From the NCBI GenBank assembly GCA_051531975.1, contig JAOPTT010000009.1, positions 1-64,000 on the forward strand: a stretch of DNA of 64,000 nt. Direction: 5' to 3'. A program made the position numbers and the translations under genes. This DNA is from Spirochaetaceae bacterium. Lineage in GTDB: Bacteria > Spirochaetota > Spirochaetia > DSM-2461. The notes under the pieces are model-generated. The model was given only the letters and a program-made list of their open reading frames with translations. It was not told the origin of the DNA and searched no databases. Within the stretch, counting starts at the first letter, position 1; each line of letters begins with the position of its first letter. Shown piece by piece: positions 58,512 through 64,000 of the stretch.

Positions 58512-59183
58512 GTGTACAAAAAATATAAATATGAAACCCATTGTCATACTTCTGAAAGTAGTGAATGTAGTCGTATCACAGGTGCAGAATTAATTCGAGG
58601 ATATAACAATGCTGGTTATTCAGGTGTTGTAATTACTGATCACTTCTATAATGGCAACTGTACTGTTTCTACAGATCTATCATGGGATTTATGGGTTTCT
58701 GAGTTCTGTAAAGGATATGAAAATGCTCTTGAGGAAGCAAGAAAGTTAGATATGGATCTTTTTTTCGGATTTGAATTTTCATACTTATGTGCAGATTTTT
58801 TAATTTATGGACTTAGCCCAAATTATTTATTAAATAACCCAGATATTAAAAATTGGACGATAGAGGATTATTATAAACATTCAAGGGATGAAGGAGGGTT
58901 TATAATCCATGCTCATCCTTTTAGAGAAGCCCCATATATAGATGAAAATAGATTATTCCCTAATAGTATTGATGCTGTAGAAGTATTTAATGGTAGGAAC
59001 ATAGATGACCAAAATGACAAAGCTAAAATATATTCAGATAAATACAATTTAATTAAAACCTCAGGCAGTGATTCCCATAAGTGTGATGAAATTAAAGGTC
59101 ACGGTATAGTTCTAAAAAAACGTGTTAGAACTATTTCTGAGTTTATTCAAATATTAAAGAGTGGAGAGTATCAAAATGTCTAA
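58512..59183 (+). CDS. PHP domain metallo-phosphoesterase
   Basis: HCHT, ITDH, HAHP, EVFN, GSDSH. Confidence 0.9.
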   Translation: MYKKYKYETHCHTSESSECSRITGAELIRGYNNAGYSGVVITDHFYNGNCTVSTDLSWDLWVSEFCKGYENALEEARKLDMDLFFGFEFSYLCADFLIYGLSPNYLLNNPDIKNWTIEDYYKHSRDEGGFIIHAHPFREAPYIDENRLFPNSIDAVEVFNGRNIDDQNDKAKIYSDKYNLIKTSGSDSHKCDEIKGHGIVLKKRVRTISEFIQILKSGEYQNV

Positions 59184-59670
59184 TGAAAGTCATATATTAA
59201 GATTCGCTACAGCAGAGGATATAGATAATGTTTCTAATGTTATTAGAGATGCAAATAAGCCTGTTGCACTTATTCTTCACTTAACACCAGAAAATTGCCC
59301 AAAACACCCTTCTAACTGTAATTCTGGTTGGATCGCCGATGCTATGGGTAAAGGTGAAGTTTTTTTTATATTAGAAATAAAAGGAAAAGTTATTGGATGT
59401 ATTGCATATCAGGATGCACAAGCGGATGTATGTTATTTAAGCCGTTTAGCAGTATTACCTGAATTCCAGAAGCAAGGATATGGTGAAAAATTAACTTCTT
59501 ATTTCCAACAATATGCTAAAGATCAAGGTAAAAAAACTGCAGGTATTGGGGTTATTAATCAGAATACTAATCTTAAAGATTGGTATAAAAAAATAGGATA
59601 TATCGAGACAAAAATTAAGAACTTTAAACATTTGCCTTTTGATGTATGTTTTATGGAGAAGAAAATATGA
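59176..59670 (+). CDS. GNAT family N-acetyltransferase
   Basis: RLAVLPEFQKQGYG, WYKKIGY. Confidence 0.88.
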   Translation: MSNESHILRFATAEDIDNVSNVIRDANKPVALILHLTPENCPKHPSNCNSGWIADAMGKGEVFFILEIKGKVIGCIAYQDAQADVCYLSRLAVLPEFQKQGYGEKLTSYFQQYAKDQGKKTAGIGVINQNTNLKDWYKKIGYIETKIKNFKHLPFDVCFMEKKI

Positions 59671-60854
59671 GCCGTGATATGTTTAAGTTAAAATCAAATA
59701 TTAAGAAATTCTATATATATAAAGTTTTTACTGGTATGTTCTTCTTTGTTCCAATTATGGTTCTTTTTTGGCAGGATAATGGTTTAAGTTTAACTCAGAT
59801 AATGTTATTACAATCTATTTTCTCTATATGCACTGTTATTTTAGAAATTCCATCTGGTTATTTTGCAGATGTTTTTGGTAGAAAGAAAACTCTGTTTATT
59901 GCAAGTGTAACAGGATTTTTAGCTATGTTATCATATAGTTTAGGTCATAATTTTAATCAGTTTATCATTGCAGAAGTATTTTTTGCCTTAAGTGTTTCGT
60001 TTACATCTGGGACACTCTCTGCTTTTGTATACGACACTCTAAAAAATATTGGTGGAGAGAACGACTATAAAAAGGTTTGGGGTAATATACTTTTTTATGG
60101 AATGATCGCATTAGCAATATCTAATGTATTAGGTGGTCTTATTGCAAAAATTGATTATAGATATACCTTTTATATTGCATTACCATTTTTTGCTTTAATG
60201 ATACCTTTTGTTTTTACTTTTGAAGAACCTGAGAGACATAAAATGATTATGGAAAAAGGATATACTAAAGAGTTATTTAAAATTATCAAAATGACTATCT
60301 TCCATGATAAAAAACTACGGTGGATAATTATATATTCTGGAATAGTTTACGCATTTAACCAGTCTGCGTTATGGTTATACCAGCCTTACTTTCAGTTATC
60401 TGGCCTTGATTTAGGTTTTTTTGGTGTGGTTTTTGCATGTTTTCAGGTAGTTTCAGCTTTTTCTGCTAAATATGCCCATAAATTGGAAGTTAAGTTAGGA
60501 CAAAAATACTCTCTAATGATGCTTATATTCTTAGTTGCAATTAGCTTTTTATTGATGAGTAGCTTTGTATTTCTATTTAGTTTTAGTTTTTGTTTCATTC
60601 AACAATTTGTTAGAGGATTTAAAAGCACTGTTGTTACAGACTATATAAATAGGTTAACAACATCTAGTATGAGGGCAACAGTATTGTCTGCAGAAAGTTT
60701 TGCAAGTAGACTTTTTTATGCAACAATAATCCCTTTGTTTGGTTTAGCCGCTGACCTATTTAGTCTACGATTAGCACTGTTACTTATTGGTTTAACATCT
60801 TTGGCTGCTGGAAGTGTCATTTTACTCATCCTGAAAAGAGACGAAGTTATATAA
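59667..60854 (+). CDS. MFS transporter
   Basis: EIPSGYFADVFGRKK motif A, RATVLS; about 12 TM segments. Confidence 0.92.
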   Translation: MSRDMFKLKSNIKKFYIYKVFTGMFFFVPIMVLFWQDNGLSLTQIMLLQSIFSICTVILEIPSGYFADVFGRKKTLFIASVTGFLAMLSYSLGHNFNQFIIAEVFFALSVSFTSGTLSAFVYDTLKNIGGENDYKKVWGNILFYGMIALAISNVLGGLIAKIDYRYTFYIALPFFALMIPFVFTFEEPERHKMIMEKGYTKELFKIIKMTIFHDKKLRWIIIYSGIVYAFNQSALWLYQPYFQLSGLDLGFFGVVFACFQVVSAFSAKYAHKLEVKLGQKYSLMMLIFLVAISFLLMSSFVFLFSFSFCFIQQFVRGFKSTVVTDYINRLTTSSMRATVLSAESFASRLFYATIIPLFGLAADLFSLRLALLLIGLTSLAAGSVILLILKRDEVI

Positions 60855-60907
60855 ATATCTAATGTTAATGTTGTATAAATTATAGTAACATTAGATTGAG
60901 GATTATT

Positions 60908-61186
60908 ATGGAAATTCAAGATTTAAAAAGTATAATTCATAGTTCAGAGCAGAAACTATCTGCTGAACTAATTAAAACCTGGGATGATATTAAAATTAGT
61001 CCCGCCCTGTGGGTTGAAGCTTCAAATGGTAAGTTCTGGGCTGTTGCAATAATGGCAGATGAAGTTATTTGGTATAACCATATAGAAGGTGGTTTTAATG
61101 TTTCGACTTTTAAGACTTACGGAGAGATCTCTGAATATTGGAATGAAAATACATATTTACATGACCTATTATGGCACCTCTTTTGA
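60908..61186 (+). CDS. Hypothetical protein
   Basis: GAGGA RBS; FWAVA...VIWYNHIEGGFN. Confidence 0.65.
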   Translation: MEIQDLKSIIHSSEQKLSAELIKTWDDIKISPALWVEASNGKFWAVAIMADEVIWYNHIEGGFNVSTFKTYGEISEYWNENTYLHDLLWHLF

Positions 61187-61629
61187 TCTTAAATTACAAA
61201 GAGATTGAAGAAGATATTTTTGAAGAACTTTTAGAGCTTAGAGTCAAAGTTATGAAAGAAAGCCTTACCAAATTAGGACGATTTGATGAAAAACGAGCAA
61301 GATTAAGGTTAAGAGACAGTTTTAATCCAAAAAATTGTTATGTTATTACTGATAATAATGATATTCAGGGTTTCTTCCAGTACTCCTTAGATTCAGATTA
61401 TATAAAATTAGACCACCTATACATAGATTTAGAATTTCAAGGTTTGGGTTTAGGTAAACTAGCCATGGATTTTATAAAAAATATAGCTAGTTCTAAAAAT
61501 ATGGCTATAAGATTATACGCCTTAAAACAGAGCCCGGCTAATGACTTCTATATTAAAAATGGTTTTGTTGAAATTGAACAAGAAGAGTTTGATAATGTAT
61601 ATGTTTTTAACTCTTCTAGTCACCTATAA
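61171..61629 (+). CDS. GNAT family N-acetyltransferase
   Basis: LYI..EFQGLGLG, SPANDFY.KNGF; exact start uncertain. Confidence 0.85.
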   Translation: MAPLLILNYKEIEEDIFEELLELRVKVMKESLTKLGRFDEKRARLRLRDSFNPKNCYVITDNNDIQGFFQYSLDSDYIKLDHLYIDLEFQGLGLGKLAMDFIKNIASSKNMAIRLYALKQSPANDFYIKNGFVEIEQEEFDNVYVFNSSSHL

Positions 61630-61650
61630 CTACGTATAGTTATAAATATG

Positions 61651-62760
61651 TTATTGTTCACTCCATGTTGCTATCTCTTTTAGTCTATCTATAATTGGAA
61701 GATGTTGTGTACACTCTTTTTCGCATAATCCACAAGCTGTACATGTTTCTGCAGTTCCTTTTTTCCCTGCAAGAATACCCCACTCATAAGCTCCGTCCAT
61801 TGAGTCTTTTAACTGCTGATCTGTTTTTTTGAATACGTGTTTTTCGTTATAGAACTGTAAAAAACTTGGAATCTTTATATCTTGAGGGCAGATGTCGCAA
61901 TAACCACAACCAGTACATGCCTCGTTCATTGAAGCCCCAATTTTGCTTTTTACATCCTCAATTTCCTGGTCTGTAAATGGCTCTGATTCATCAGCAATTC
62001 TACAAGCTGTATCTATATGTTCTTTGGTTGTAAAACCATTAAGAGCCACTGTAATTTGAGGGCACGATATGATAAACCTAAGAGCAGCTTCTGTTGCAGA
62101 TTCATTACCATTTGTAATAAATTCTAGCTCTTTTTCATGGGTTGGAATTGCTCCTCCAGCTAAGGGATTCATTGCCACTACACCATAATCCATATCGTAT
62201 GCAGCTTTTACTCCATCCCATCTGTATGGAAAGTTTAAAATGTTCATACCAAGTAATATTCCATCAATTTTGCCATCTTCTAATATAGCCTTAACATCAT
62301 TTCCTGGTTGGTGAGAGGACAGTACTATATGGTCAATTAAACCCTCTTTTTGACACTGTAATAGACCGTCGTATTGGCCTCCAGGTTTCATAGCCAGTTC
62401 ATAATGTTCAGTTTTTCTAATACACCAGATATGATAAAAATCTATTTTTTTAACATTAAGTCTTTTTATAGAGGTTTTAACAGCTTCAATAGCTTTTTCT
62501 GCAGTATCAAATTTTGTAGGCATACCTTTTGTTGCTACATAAAATTGCCCAGGCATATTTTTAAAAGCTTCACCAAATATTAATTCACTTGTATCGCTAC
62601 AATAACCAGGGGCAGTATCAAAATAGTTAATACCTTTTTCATTTGCATATTTAACAATCTCAGCATTCTCTTCTAAAGATTTTTTTTCATCAAATCTCAT
62701 TCCACCAAAACCAACTGCTGATACTTTTTTACCTGTTTTACCATATGTATTATAAATCAC
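61651..62760 (-). CDS. Aldo/keto reductase with C-terminal Fe-S domain
   Basis: GFGGMRF, YFDTAPGY, CTGCGYC..CP, CTACGLCEKECTQ. Confidence 0.92.
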   Translation of the reverse strand: MIYNTYGKTGKKVSAVGFGGMRFDEKKSLEENAEIVKYANEKGINYFDTAPGYCSDTSELIFGEAFKNMPGQFYVATKGMPTKFDTAEKAIEAVKTSIKRLNVKKIDFYHIWCIRKTEHYELAMKPGGQYDGLLQCQKEGLIDHIVLSSHQPGNDVKAILEDGKIDGILLGMNILNFPYRWDGVKAAYDMDYGVVAMNPLAGGAIPTHEKELEFITNGNESATEAALRFIISCPQITVALNGFTTKEHIDTACRIADESEPFTDQEIEDVKSKIGASMNEACTGCGYCDICPQDIKIPSFLQFYNEKHVFKKTDQQLKDSMDGAYEWGILAGKKGTAETCTACGLCEKECTQHLPIIDRLKEIATWSEQ

Positions 62761-62911
62761 GAAATGTTACCTCTTTTTAAATATTATATACTATATATAG
62801 GGAAAGTTAAAAGTATCATATTAACTTACATCCATGTATCAATTATGTCGAAACAACACATCTTTGTAGGTTTTTACCTCTTAAAAGTTAACTTTTTAGT
62901 CGTTTAAAATA

Positions 62912-62927
62912 TGGCATCAGAATTGCA
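62912..62927 (+). promoter_or_regulatory. Sigma54 (-24/-12) promoter
   Basis: TGGCAT-CAGAA-TTGCA with exact GG-N10-GC spacing, just upstream of the GGAGGA RBS. Confidence 0.75.
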
Positions 62928-62950
62928 GGTAGAAGACATAGGAGGAATCT

Positions 62951-63316
62951 ATGAAGCTATTAATAGTAGATGATTCAAATATTATGCGAAGAGCTATAGC
63001 AAAATATCTAAGAGATTTTGATATTACAATTGTTGGAAGTGCTGGTAATGGAGAGATTGCTTTATCTATGTGTAAAGCTACTAAACCCGACTTGGTAACA
63101 CTGGATATAACAATGCCAAAAATGGATGGCTTAACATGTTTAGTTGAGATCCTGAAATTTGCACCAGAAACAAAGGTTTTGATTATCAGTGCATTAAAAG
63201 ATAGTGCTACAGGATTAAAAGCTCTTAAAAAAGGAGCTAAGGGTTTTTTACCTAAACCATTTACAGAAGAACAGCTTCAGGACGAAATTAAATTAATTTG
63301 TCAGGAGTCTATATGA
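62951..63316 (+). CDS. Single-domain response regulator (CheY-like)
   Basis: VDDS, LDITMPKMDG, ISA, KPF. Confidence 0.92.
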   Translation: MKLLIVDDSNIMRRAIAKYLRDFDITIVGSAGNGEIALSMCKATKPDLVTLDITMPKMDGLTCLVEILKFAPETKVLIISALKDSATGLKALKKGAKGFLPKPFTEEQLQDEIKLICQESI

Positions 63317-63759
63317 ACGAATCTGAACTAAAGGCATTTGTAGATATTGTAACCAGTTATTTTGAAAGTATAACAGGATTAAAAACTACTATGGGTCTTC
63401 CATTTATAAAAGATGATGATACAGATGTATTTGATTATACAGGAATCATCGGGATTTCAGGTACCAGAAAAGGTGCCATATATTTTACAACTTCAAAAGA
63501 GTTATTAACACAGTTTGCCTCATATATCTTAGAAGGTGAAGAGTTAAACGGTGAAGAGTTATATGATTTGGTTGGTGAAATGACAAATACCATAAGTGGG
63601 AATATGAGGGAGTTTTTTGGAACTACATTCCATATTTCTGTACCTATAATCTTAAAAGGTCGAATAGAGAATATACAGATGAGATTAAATCCTCCAGTTT
63701 TTATAATACCAATTGAGTGGCAAGGATACTGTTCTCATTTAGCCATAGGTTTGGAGTAA
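63313..63759 (+). CDS. cheX: CheX-type phosphatase
   Basis: TGIIGISG..KG, GEMTNTISGN (ExxN), ISVP. Confidence 0.88.
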   Translation: MNESELKAFVDIVTSYFESITGLKTTMGLPFIKDDDTDVFDYTGIIGISGTRKGAIYFTTSKELLTQFASYILEGEELNGEELYDLVGEMTNTISGNMREFFGTTFHISVPIILKGRIENIQMRLNPPVFIIPIEWQGYCSHLAIGLE

Positions 63760-63761
63760 TC

Positions 63762-64000
63762 ATGGATTCAAACTTATTAGATATACTTTGGATAATTGTT
63801 GCTTCATGTCTTGTTTTTATAATGCAAGCTGGGTTTGCTATGGTAGAAACAGGTTTAACACGGTCAAAAAATAGTATAAATGTTGCTATTAAAAACTTAA
63901 CAGACTTAGGTGTTTCAACATTAATATTTTGGCTTGTTGGTTTTGGTTTCATGTTTGGTAAAAGTTATTTAGGGTATATAGGCACAAATAACTTTATTTT
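63762..64000 (+). CDS. amt: Ammonium transporter domain, N-terminal part (runs off the window; absent from the ORF track)
   Basis: Manual translation MDSNLLDILWIIVASCLVFIMQAGFAMVETGLTRSKNSINVAIKNLTD; GGAG RBS. Confidence 0.9.
   Translation, partial: MDSNLLDILWIIVASCLVFIMQAGFAMVETGLTRSKNSINVAIKNLTDLGVSTLIFWLVGFGFMFGKSYLGYIGTNNFI

Overview
Low-GC, gene-dense bacterial chromosome segment, probably from a free-living anaerobic spirochaete (inferred from the ANGQKE-type solute-binding protein, cheY-cheX and a LacI-sensor/His-kinase hybrid). No rRNA, tRNA, CRISPR array or IS element was seen. 0.8-18.6 kb: a sugar ABC importer and two convergent glycyl-radical-enzyme operons (PflD-like and YbiW-like, each with an activase and a ROK-type kinase), a YciT-like DeoR regulator, an RmlD-like SDR and an atypical shikimate-dehydrogenase homologue; a shared ATATGAAAG operator motif precedes the importer, a UPF0303 gene and the dehydrogenase. 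18.7-22.8 kb: GNATs and a TetR-controlled redox cassette with a nonsense-interrupted peroxiredoxin. 23-31 kb: a mannitol-family PTS operon with a SorE/YggP-type dehydrogenase and 1-phosphofructokinase but no mtlD. 31-45 kb: singleton genes and a lipid-linked glycosylation trio. 45.5-52.2 kb, the main finding: an apparent RiPP cluster with three radical SAM/SPASM enzymes, a degenerate SPASM-like partner, a 68-aa precursor made of a Tat-type lipoprotein signal plus a 28-aa core that is 50% Tyr, its own TatA and TatC, a TatB-like anchor fused to one of the radical SAM enzymes, and a DxD glycosyltransferase-like gene. The window ends in a sigma54-preceded cheY-cheX-amt operon. All product calls come from motif recognition by eye, not database searches.
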